Assembly (NCBI RefSeq): GCF_018350175.1
Contig: NC_058369.1
Location: forward strand, 28,026,001 to 28,090,000
Direction of reading: 5' to 3'
DNA from: Felis catus
Taxonomy: Eukaryota
DNA: 64,000 bases
The notes beneath the pieces were generated by a model. It did no database searches. It saw only the letters and a program-made list of their open reading frames with translations, and was not told the origin of the DNA. The position numbers were made by a program, and so were the translations under genes. Every line of letters starts with the position of its first letter. Position 1 is the stretch's first letter. Shown piece after piece: positions 1 to 10,450 of this stretch.

Positions 1-92
1 GGTTGGGGAGGAGGATTGGGGTAGATTCCTTAGGGCTTTCTATGTAGACAATCAATTCATCTACAAATAAAGACATTTTTTATTTCTTTTTC

Positions 93-316
93 TTTTTTTT
101 TTAATTTTTTTTTCAACGTTTATTAATTTTTGGGACAGAGAGAGACAGAGCATGAACGGGGGAGGGGCAGAGAGAGAGGGAGACACAGAATCGGAAACAG
201 GCTCTAGGCTCTGAGCCATCAGCCCAGAGCCCGACGCGGGGCTCGAACTCACGGACCGCGAGATCGTGACCTGGCTGAAGTCGGACGCTTAACCGGTTGC
301 GCCACCCAGGCGCCCC
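93..316 (-). mobile_element. Can-SINE (SINEC_Fc, young felid subfamily)
   Basis: tRNA-derived head GGGGCGCCTGGGTGGCGC, B-box GTTCGAGCC, CT-rich region, A-tail; perfect 15-bp TSD ttttatttctttttc at 78-92 and 317-331; CpGs intact. Confidence 0.97.
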
Positions 317-721
317 TTTTATTTCTTTTTCAATTTATCTATTCCTTTTATTTCTTCTTCTTGCCTTACTGTGCTGTTTAGATCCTCTAATACCATACTG
401 AATACTAGGCTGCACAGTGGGAGACTGGCCACTTGTGTCTTATTCCAGTCTTAAGGAGAAGGCATTCTGTCTTTCACCATCAAGTATGATGTTACCTGTA
501 TATTTTTTATAGACATTCTTTATGAAATTAAGATAGTTCCCTTCTTTTGCTAGTATTCTAAGGGTTATTATCATGAATAGGTATTGAATTTTGTCATATG
601 CTTTTTCTGTAGGAATTGATAATATCATGTGATTTTTCATCTTTACCCTATTAACATGCTAGATTACATCATTTCATTTACAAATAAACTCCACTTGGTC
701 ACTGTTCAGAATCCTTTTTCT

Positions 722-763
722 TTTTATTTATTTTTTATTTATTTTTTTAGCATTTATTCATTT

Positions 764-794
<31 letters not shown>

Positions 795-963
795 AGCATG
801 AGCAGGGGAGGGGCAGAGAGAGAGGGAGACACTGAATACGAAGCAGGTTCCAGGCTCTGAGCTGTCAGCACAGAGCCCACCATGGGGCTCGAACTCAAGA
901 ACCATGAGATCATGACCTGAGCTGAAATCGGACATTTAACCAACTGAGCCACCCAGGCACCCT
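722..963 (-). mobile_element. Can-SINE (SINEC_Fc2-like)
   Basis: Typical head, body, (CT)n and A-tail; CpGs decayed. Confidence 0.95.
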
Positions 964-1698
964 CTCTTTTTTTTTTTAAATCTGTGCATTCTATTTGCTA
1001 ATATTTCACTAAAAATCTTTACATCTGTATTTATGAAGGATGTTGGTCTGCAGTTTTCTTTCCTCTATTGTTTTGGTATTGAGCAATACCAGCTTCATAA
1101 AATGAATAAATAAAGGAACAGCCTTCCTTCATCTGAGAATGTTTTCCTTGCCCCCTTATTCCTGAAGAATATTTTCATGAGACATAGAATTCTAGGTTGG
1201 TAATTCTTTCTTTTCAGTGCCTGGTACCACTTCTCCATGGCTGGATGAATGTGGCCTTGTCACAGATGAGTAGTGGTGAGGATCCTAACTCTCCATTAGG
1301 CCTCCTCTGATGCCATTCCCTCGAGGAGGAAAGGAGCACTTCTTTATTGCTTGTGGGTAGAAATCCAGGCTCCCCACTTGGAGTCATTACCACAAGTGGC
1401 TATGAAAGCCCTAGCTCCATACTTGGCCTTCTCCGACACTAATCTGGTAAGGAAGTTGGAATGTTTCAGTAGAGCACAGTGAGGGTACAAGTTTAGGCTC
1501 CCTACTTGACCTCTGCTGCCGGAAGTGGAGTGGGACTACAGTGTGGGCTTGTTTTTTGTTTGTATGTGGAGTTTGGCCGGAGTAGAGCAGATACTGTCTA
1601 GAAGTTACCTGTATTGCTAAACTTCTCCTTTGTTAATCCTTTGGCTAGAGAGAACAGATTTTTGTTAGGACTTTTTTTGGTCTGTGCCTTTGGTGTTT

Positions 1699-1920
1699 TT
1701 TTTTTTTTAATTTTTTTTAACGTTTATTTATTTTTGAGACAGAGAGAGACAGAGCATGAATGGGGGAGGGTCAGAGAGAGGGAGACACAGAATCTGAAAC
1801 TGGCTCCAGGCTCTGAGCTGTCAGCACAGAGCCCGACGCGGGGCTCGAACTCACGGACCGCGAGATCATGACCTGAGCCAAAGTCGGCTGCTTAACCGAC
1901 TGAGCCACCCAGGCGCCCAA
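1699..1920 (-). mobile_element. Can-SINE (SINEC_Fc, young)
   Basis: Full-length; perfect 16-bp TSD tgtgcctttggtgttt at 1683-1698 and 1921-1936. Confidence 0.97.
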
Positions 1921-2329
1921 TGTGCCTTTGGTGTTTAAGGGTTGCTGGCTTCTTTATTTCTAGGGCTGGGATATCTAAGGCAAAAATAAAAGCTAAGGAA
2001 CTCACTACTGTATTGTTTCTTCTGTCTCCAGGGCCCTAACTGGTTGACTTCCTCTCTCCACCTTTCAGAATCTTTTTATGTTTGTGTTATATAATTCCCA
2101 CAGTTCTTAGCAGTAGTTAATGACAGCAAAAGAGACAAGTACAACTATCCCATCTTCCCAGAAGTGGAAGTCCCTTTACCTTTGTATCCAAATAAATGTT
2201 TTTTTCTCCTCATTGTTAATTCACCAGATCCTATCATGTCAGAGGATTTAAGACAAAGGAGAGGAAGCAAGAGGCTATCACTACTTTACCCTGGAAAAGG
2301 CAAAGGGAGGGACAGAAAACAAGAGAAAT

Positions 2330-2490
2330 AGAGTCAAAAGACTCAAGTGCTAATGGAAGGATTCTCACGTAACAGTCTTGTGACTGAGTCTGTCACTTAA
2401 ACATTCAACCAACCTTGGTTTCTTTCTGTAAGATGGAGATGATACTTGCCTAGAAGTCCCTCCACAGTTACTGTCAGCACAAGATGACAG
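2330..2490 (+). mobile_element. MIR relic
   Basis: Core resembling ctcagtttcctcatctgtaaaatggggataatacctacctcatagggtt (here tttctttctgtaagatggagatgatacttgcc). Confidence 0.55.
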
Positions 2491-3129
2491 AGGATATAGG
2501 GAGATATTTTGTCAGTTTTCAGTCATGGTACAAAGAAAAGGCACATGATTTCATTGTAATGAAGAACTTTCTGCCCACTGCCCATTCTGCTTCAACAAAA
2601 CCTGGTCCTTTCCAATTTTTCCCATTTTTCAGCATGGATCCAGTCACTATTGATAAACTAGTACACGTTAGACACATGCGAAGCATTGGTCTAATAAGAG
2701 TATCTTCCCCGTTGGTCTAATAAGAGTATCTAAGTCCTGCTGTGGTACTTCTGATATCTCTTAAATCTGTTCACCTCACTCCATCAGCCCTAAATTTAGC
2801 CCCATTCTCTCTCAACTTTATAATGGCTACCATACTGATTTCCCCAGTATTAAGTTCTCTATACAGCAGCCAGAATCCCCTGTCTAGTACCCAATTCAGA
2901 TCTCCCTTGCCCAAGCTAGATTCTGCAGGGTTCCTTAGATCCCTAGACACCATTCTGCTTTCCCTTCTATTAAGAATATAATTTGTTCATTCATTCAAAA
3001 CATTGAAATAGTTTGCCCCTGAATGATTTGTTCTAAAATAAAAATCTAATCTAAAACCATTATTCTAACTCTTTAATAGCTTTATGATCAATACAATAAA
3101 ACTAACATCAGTGCTTTAAAATAGGAAAG

Positions 3130-3606
3130 TAACTCTGACATCTGGCATTAGCACTGCTTCATAAGGATAAGAAGAAAAATTGGAAATATATAGCAGATCT
3201 AGTATGTTTCACCAGCAGTCTTACATTTATATTACTTAGGAATGGAAGCATCAACCACAACTTGCAAACCCGCACCATGACTCACAAATCAGGTAAGCTG
3301 TACCTCAACAGGCTATGTTTACAGACAAAGCTTAAACTCTTACTCGTTCACTCTGAGCCGTGTTCTCTTCAAAGAGTAATAAAACTACCACTCTTGCAGA
3401 AACTGTTTAATTGACATGTTCTCACCAATACCAAAGAGTTTCCCATGACAAATTCCAGCCCTCAATGACCTACCCCTTCCCACATTCTTCCTTTTGAGAC
3501 ACCCACACTTCTCCCAGTATGTGCTCACCCTTGCTGTAGCAGGTTAATAAACCTTCCCTGAAGATCTGTTGTGTTCCTCATGATCTAGAATCATTAGGCT
3601 TTAGCA
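3130..3606 (+). mobile_element. Old ERV1 solo LTR (MER89/MER90/MER110-like)
   Basis: ttttgagaca...tgtgctcacccttgctgtagcaggttAATAAAcc...tgtgttcct...ca 3' architecture typical of this group; 5' boundary uncertain. Confidence 0.6.
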
Positions 3607-4295
3607 AAATAAACATCTAGGAAAAGGTACCAAAGAATTCGTACCTAACTTTGAACAGTTATTACCTCTTATTGGAGGAGATGGTCTGAGGGGAAAGTAG
3701 AGGTGGGATGGGGTGCAGAGTAGCCATAGTGCCTGAATTTTACACAATGAAAATGCATTGGCATATTAACCCCTGTGGTTTGGAAACCATTACAAGCTTA
3801 ATATAGGTCCTGTCAATGAACTATGAGTAATCTTATAAAAGAAAACAAAATGCTTGCTCTCAGGAGATCATTAAATACCTACATCGACTAAATGTATTTC
3901 AAGTGGCTATGATTCAATGTCAGATTGATATTTTTTGCATCTATTTTAATTCCTTTTTAAAAGAAGTATCAGGAGGTTGCAATTAGAAATTAACTGAAGG
4001 CCACTATAAATCAATATGCTATGGGCATTCAGTGGTATTTTATGTTTTACTTTTTGAAGATGCTGGTCAATTTTTTTTTTGTAATCACTAAGAGTTCAAG
4101 AAATGCTTCGTATTTATTGAAAGAGGCAAGAAAAACAGCTTGTGACTACATGTCTATGATGTCAGTGTGGGGTGCACTCCATCTTCTCTCCCCTCCTGCC
4201 ATATTTAATCAATGGAGTAGTCACTGACCCTTTATCTCCTACGAACCTCTACTCTGACCTTAAGTGATTTCTTCTGCCTTAGCTCCTCTGACTTT

Positions 4296-4494
4296 TTTTT
4301 TATATTAATTTATTTTTGTAAGAGAGAGAACAGGAGTAGGGGAGGGGCCAAGAAAGAGGGAGAGAGAGATTCCCAAGTAGGCATCGCACTGTCAGTGCAG
4401 AGCCCAATGTAGGACTCGAACTCACAAACAGTGCTATCATGACCTGAGCTGAGATCAAGAGTCAGACGCTTTACAGAGTGGCCCAGATACCCCA
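4296..4494 (-). mobile_element. Can-SINE (older subfamily, gagatcaagagtc type)
   Basis: SINE body; TSD ctcctctgacttt at 4283-4295 and 4496-4508. Confidence 0.93.
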
Positions 4495-4610
4495 ACTCCT
4501 CTGACTTTAATCTTGAAAAACAAAACTATTTGATTCTATGCCATACTCATCTCTTTCTCTAATGTCTCAGGTTTTAGGTTTAGAAAATACCATAGTTTTA
4601 AGTCAATCTT

Positions 4611-4829
4611 TTTTTTTATTTTTTTAAACGTTTATTTATTTTTGAGACAGAGAGAGACAGAGCGTGAACAGGGGAGGGTCAGAGAGAGAGGGAGACACAG
4701 AATCTGAAACAGGCCCCAGGCTCTGAGTGGTCAGCGCAGAGCCTGACGCGGGGCTCGAACTCACAGACCGCGAGATCATGACCTGAGCCGAAGTCGGACA
4801 CTTAACCGACCAAGCCACCCAGGCGCCCC
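4611..4829 (-). mobile_element. Can-SINE (SINEC_Fc, young)
   Basis: Full-length, CpG-rich; perfect TSD ttaagtcaatctt at 4598-4610 and 4830-4842. Confidence 0.97.
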
Positions 4830-5789
4830 TTAAGTCAATCTTCATTACAGTGTCTACCATGGTATCTTTAACTAAACAGCTATTTAAAAGAAAACAAGTT
4901 TTGATGATTGGGATCAGTATGAACCACAAAGCACACTATGGAAGAATTGTGAAATATAATTCCCCATTTCAAAAGGGTTCCTTCACTATTCTTCAGTCTT
5001 CCAAGAATCATATTTTACTGCTGTCTAACTCCTATCTCTGAATTGGGAACATTCTGAGGCTATGTCCCTCCATCAAAGTAAATTAGGAGACAGTGTCACC
5101 CACCAGAAAATTCCATCTAAATGAAAAGTGAACTGAAATGGACAGGCTCAAATGGGGGCTGATCTAAATTTCTCTAAAGGCAGCATTTTAAGGTATCACA
5201 GACAAGATTGCCTTGAGCTGGAAAAAGCTTTGATGCTAGCAGTTTTACTCCAAGATCAAAAAACAATTTTCAACTTTTATTGCAGTTAATAAGTTTCTCC
5301 CTTCTTTGTCACAGTTATGAAAAACTTCTAATATTTTTGTTGCATGGGAATAAAGCCAGAGAGGAGTTAAATTTCAGGTAAGTTGGAGAAACATTTTTAA
5401 AATACAATCATCAAGATTGATGGATTTGCATACCTGAAAACCACCTTTGCCCAAATCAAACAGAGCCTGGAGTGATGGTAAATTCAAATCAATATATATG
5501 AGCCTGTGATAGAAACTATCGTAAGAACCTATTTCCACTCATTTCAAAAATACTAATTGTTACACATGAATCCAAATTCCTACCACAAGAGTTGTTTTCA
5601 CTGGCTTATGAGAGAAGTACAGTTGATGGCTAATGGGTTACAGTTCTCTTGCCAGCTTTGTTTGCCAATGACTACCTACCACATAGTAGAGGAAAATTCT
5701 GATATTGCTTCTGGGCTTTGTGGAAAGGAATAGTACAATCAATCAGCGACATTTGCCAGGGTGGCAAACTAGTACAAATTGTTCTGGGT

Positions 5790-6140
5790 CCTCTCCTAAA
5801 ACAGGTGTTGCCGGACATGTGGAAGGCTATGTTTCTGAACCCTCTTTGCAGCTGGACAAGGACACATGACCCGTTGGGGCTGCAGGCTGTGATCAGCAGT
5901 AAACTGTCCACGACTCTCTTCTGCAATGGTGGAAAACGTTGAAGTCTTCAGATAAAATCTTCAGATAAAGATAGGGGTAGACTAAATGATAAGCCACTCT
6001 TTGGAGGAGAGCAGCCCCGGAGAGTCACCTGGACCACTGTGGGCCTTGCAAGGATGAGAACTACATCACGGTTGGTTAAGCCTAAGATTTTTGTTATCAT
6101 TTGTTACTGCATTATAAATCCAGCCCATTCTGTCTTCTAT
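5790..6140 (+). mobile_element. MLT1 (ERVL-MaLR) solo LTR relic, old MLT1J/K-like
   Basis: 3' end ttaagcctaagattttt...tttgttactgcattataaatccagcccattctg resembles the MLT1 terminus. Confidence 0.6.
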
Positions 6141-6699
6141 ATTGACTTTCAGATCAGGGATAGGAGGCAGGAGTGCCCAGTCCTTGGCATTTCTTGGAGG
6201 ATAACAAATTCATAATTAGCAACATTAGCTGATGCTACATTTAAGACATCCACCAATACCATGGTAAATTTCCACTGGTGGAACGAGAATTCTTATACCC
6301 TCACATCGCTTACCTTCATTTTGATTGTTATCAACTGTGGCTGGCACATTGGCTCTTACCTGTCTCCTTTATCCGTTCTCTACTTCTACACTTAAACACC
6401 TATGTTTTCCAGAGTAGACTTGACGTATCATAATAAACACAAAAAATGTCTCTATAAAAACTAAAAGCAAAAGTTGCCATTGTTGCTGCTCTTTTCAATA
6501 CCTGTAAGCACTTGAGCACTTTCAAGTATTTCAGTCAAGGGTCCCTTGGGTCAAACCGTATTTTGGCAGATGAACTATAGTTTCTGTCAACTGTATCGGG
6601 AAGATTCTCTTAAACTTTAACAGATCTCTATCAGTAGGTTTCCAACAGAAAAGGTGTCTCATGCTGGAACAAATGACTACCACCTTAGGGACAAAAACT

Positions 6700-6860
6700 T
6701 AGACTTCCACAGCGCTACTATATGTCAGCAATGGTTCTAGAAGCTTTACACATATCAGTGTGTTTAATTCTTCCCACAACAGCTTTGGGAGATCCCTAGT
6801 TTCACCACCCCTTTCTTTACAGCTGAGACAACTAGTGCATGAGTTTACATGCTCCTAGAA
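6700..6860 (-). mobile_element. MIR relic
   Basis: gctttacacatatcagtgtgtttaattcttcccacaacagc...tttacagctgagacaact resembles the MIR core reverse complement. Confidence 0.65.
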
Positions 6861-6883
6861 AGTGCTGACCTTTTATCATACGC

Positions 6884-7079
6884 CAGAGTTCCCAGATAAA
6901 ACATAGGATGAGCAGCTGATTTTCAGATTAAGAAATAAAAACAAAACAAAAAACTTGTAGCACAGTAAGTGCCACATATCACATGGAGGCACAGTTATGC
7001 TAAAACATTTTTCACTTTTATCTGAGACTCAGATTTAACTGGGTCCCTACATTCTTATTTGCTACATCTGGCAATTCTA
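6884..7079. mobile_element. MER53 (palindromic hAT-type MITE)
   Basis: Termini cagagttcccagataaaa ... atctggcaattcta; internal inverted halves (ttttcagat / atctgagact; cagctga / ttaactggg). Confidence 0.85.
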
Positions 7080-7240
7080 AATTGGAAGCAATATTTGAAA
7101 TGGTCATCAGTACTCAATATTATTGACTTTATTAAGCAGCCAAGCTAAGCTGATTGTACATGTCTCTATCAAAGAAAGTTAAAGGAGATGTGGGGGGGTG
7201 GGGAATCTTTTAGCCAAGCCTACAATAAAAATAAAATCCC

Positions 7241-7433
7241 GAGGACGTCTGGGTGGCTCAGTTGGTTAAGTGTCTGACTCTGGCTCAGGGCATGATCTCA
7301 TGGTTCATGGGTTCCAGCCCCAGATCAGGCTGTGCAATAGTGGTACAGAGAGTGTTTGGGGTTCTCTCTCTCCCCATCTTTCTCTGTCCCTTCCCCACTT
7401 GCTCTCTTTCTCAAAATAAATAAGCTTAAAAAA
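7241..7433 (+). mobile_element. Can-SINE (older)
   Basis: ggacgtctgggtggctcagttggttaag head, CT region, aaaataaataa tail; partial TSD aaatccc. Confidence 0.92.
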
Positions 7434-9040
7434 TTAAATCCCAAAATTCTAGCTATAAAGTAAGTCATGGAGGTGAGAAGTACAGTACTAGCAGGATAGT
7501 CAAAAATAACTAACTAAATTAATAAATGTCAAAAAGACATTTTATCATAAAAAATTTGCCTTTCCTTCCCTACTACACAGCCTGTGGCATTTCAGAAGGA
7601 TCCATATGTTGATGTATCAAATTTGTCGGGTGTCATCTGTTATACCTAAACTGGTGAAAATCCTACCTGTATGTCTCTACAGCATTCAGTTTGTTTGGAT
7701 TTGGGGGTTGGAGGGGGTTGCTAGAAAACATAGAATATTCTTTTTTTTTTTATTACTTTTACAACATGAAGCCTGTTTTAACAGCAGCGTGAATATTTTA
7801 GCTCAGGCAGAGATGAAAGGACATAATAAATAGGAAATACTGCTCTACCAGTGTATTCCTGAAAAAGCCCTTATCAATCACATTCATTAAAGGGAATCTA
7901 AAATAATGCTTACCATGGCAGGAGCAGGCACTGAGTTCAACATGCCTGGGACAAATAATGAAATAGGTGTAGGGGGAGACTAGTAAAATTTTCAAATCTG
8001 AGGTACCTTGGAATAAAGCGCTTCCAGAGACTCTTAACAACATTTAAACTCTTCTCTCTTCCAGGTTCTGTTGCCTGAGTAGGGCCATGAGTTACTGCCA
8101 ACAGGCTAATATCTACACTCAGCTCAAGCACAGTATGTCCCCAATCATCATTCATCAAGAGCTTCAAAACAATGTGTTTATCTTTTGACTTGTTGTGAAT
8201 ATTAATAAATTAAGATCTTTAAACTGTCTAGAAAGAAGAACAACTGCCACGAGCTTGGGTGCAGATGATGTATTTACATACATTAAAGAAGTACCATTAA
8301 CAGTAATTAATGGTGCTTTTACATCTCAAAATGCATTGCAATTGACTGTCAATTTGTTTTGGAGGTATCTGCAATCATAAAATAAATATCATTCTAAATG
8401 GATACTTAGCAATATTTAATAATTTTAAACTCCGATGTGCCACTTAATGCTTTAGCAATAACACACTGTTTTATGAAGACAGTGTTTTAAATTTAGAATT
8501 TTTATCGAACTTTATTAAAGTTAATGAGATTGCATTGCTTACATTCTACCTTAACTTAGAATGTTTATAAAGGTCATGAAGGCTAATTTAAAAATTTGTA
8601 TTTTGGAAAAAGCAAATTTAGTCAGTTAATGACTATGCAATTAAAACATAATTCCACTACTTTCTAAAGGAACCCACATTTAGCACTGTGGTATGTCTTC
8701 ATGAGAGATTTTAAAAGTGAAAGGTTTAGGACTTATCACGGTTATGAGGCTGAATAGACACAAACGTAGAGGGGAATTTCATTAACTCCTGAGTCTCTTG
8801 TGGACTAATCTGACTTGGAATGAGAGCTAGAATACATAGCACCTGCAAACTATAGTAAAGAATACATCAACTAAACTTCCAAAGAAGTTAAAAGTGGAAA
8901 CACATCTCCCCTAAGTTAATACAGTCTGCAATATCTCACTAGCAACTTAAGTACCATTTTTCTTGAGACACCTACAAATAAAAGAGGAAATATATTTGCT
9001 TTAAAGTTGTCAAGGCTATGTGCAACAGAAATTTGGAGCA

Positions 9041-9266
9041 GGGGCTCATGGCTGGCTCAGTTGGTTAACCATCCGACTTTGGCTCAGGTCATGATCTCAC
9101 TGCTCATGAGTCCGAGCCCTGTGTCAGGGTCTGTGCTGACAGCTCTGAGCCTGGAACATGCTTTGGATTCTGTCTCTTTCTCTCTCTCTTTCTCTCCCCT
9201 CCCCCACTTGTGCGTGTTCTCTCTCTCTCTCTCTGAAAAATAAATAAACATTAAAAAAAAAAAAAA
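9041..9266 (+). mobile_element. Can-SINE (SINEC_Fc2-like)
   Basis: TSD agaaatttggagc at 9027-9039 and 9267-9279. Confidence 0.96.
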
Positions 9267-9896
9267 AGAAATTTGGAGCTAAACTAGTTAACCCAGTCTA
9301 CAGCCTTTCTGTGAAGGACAGACCTTGTGAAAGCAGATCTGGGGAGAATCCTGATATGAGTTAACAAGGTGTCATTGGCATGGCTCTTAAATGTCCCTAG
9401 ATTGAGGGGTTCCCCAGATCCTTTTTCTTTCAGTCCATTTTACTGCTACTAACAACAACTGTTCAAACCTTTGATAGATATTCATGACAATTCCACAAAC
9501 CAATTCATGTGTAAAACTAAATTGAGTTTCTTTGCACTGTTCACAGTATGGTAAGAGAGTTTATAAGGCAATAATTCTAAATATAAAACAAAAAACAAAT
9601 GTTACATTTTACAAATTTAAGGAAATATGTAGGAGGAGTACTAAACACATTTGGCATGTTTAAAAATATACTTGGTGCTTGTCAGCTCTCAGAGAGTACA
9701 GACATATTGTTTGTATTATCAATAATAACACACAAATAATGGCGAATTGATCACTAGAGTATCTGCCTTTCTCCTAACCACAACAGTAACACTTACATAC
9801 TGCATTTATTTTGTGATTAGGCAAAAATCTGACACATGAATCCTAAGAAGGCAAAGCTAGTCATTTGTACATGTTCTTAAAGAATTCCAAATCAAG

Positions 9897-10073
9897 GGGT
9901 GCCTGGGTGGCTCAGTCAGTTAAGCTTCCGACTTTGGCTTACGTCATGATCTTGCCAGTCCCAGGTTTGAGCCCAGCCTTGGGCTCTTTGCTGACAGCTC
10001 AGAGCCTGGAGTCTGTTTCAGATTCTGCTCTCCCTCTCTCTCTTTGCTCCTCCCTGACTCATGTTCTCATTCA

Positions 10074-10132
<59 letters not shown>

Positions 10133-10161
10133 AAATAACCATTTAAAAATTAAAAACAAAA
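9897..10161 (+). mobile_element. Can-SINE with expanded (TC)n microsatellite (10081-10128)
   Basis: TSD aaagaattccaaatcaag at 9879-9896 and 10162-10179. Confidence 0.96.
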
Positions 10162-10309
10162 AAAGAATTCCAAATCAAGAAACCAGGCCCCCACTTTGGA
10201 CATGAATATTTCCTTCTTTCCCACACAACAAAGATGAGAGCATAAAGAGAAATTATTGGTATACCTGAGTAATTAAATGCAGATGTGCTGACTTTAATAA
10301 GGCTCTCAT

Positions 10310-10450
10310 CTCAGAGCTAAGGAGCCAGGATAGAATTGTGTCTCCAGTGAAGTATCTACTCAAAAAACCTCTTACTGTAACTTAACTTCACAAAAGCTCA
10401 GTTTCCTCATGTGTGATGTGTGGTTTATAGCACTACCTACCTTATAGGCA
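10310..10450 (+). mobile_element. MIR relic
   Basis: cttaacttc...ctcagtttcctcatgtgtgatgtgtggtttatagcactacctaccttatagg. Confidence 0.65.

Larger units (their letters stand above)
1..2174 (-). mobile_element. Old L1 (L1M/L1MC4-like), internally deleted: 5' end at ~2174, ORF1 remnant ~1140-1220, ORF2 RT remnant 1-1100; interrupted by three SINEs
   Basis: ORF 440..640(-) KNHMILSIPTEKAYDKIQYLFMIITL resembles the L1 ORF2 RT motif KNHMIISIDAEKAFDKIQHPFMIKTL; 2000-2174 resembles the L1MC4-type 5' end (ggacttccacttctgggaagatgg on minus). Confidence 0.85.

Noticed and set aside
440..640. ORF with reverse-transcriptase-like motif
   Set aside because: A decayed L1 ORF2 fragment (conserved DAEKAFD altered, flanking stops), not a functional gene.
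5945..5969. Short tandem duplications (tcttcagataaa x2; similar ones at ~25263, 28886, 41639, 43527, 54370)
   Set aside because: Ordinary slippage duplications. No repeat-spacer array, so nothing CRISPR-like, which is also not expected in a mammal.
8050..8189. Plus-strand acceptor cttctctcttccag followed by gccATG and a 33-aa ORF
   Set aside because: An isolated signal on the opposite strand to the other exon candidates; weak donor and unrecognised peptide.
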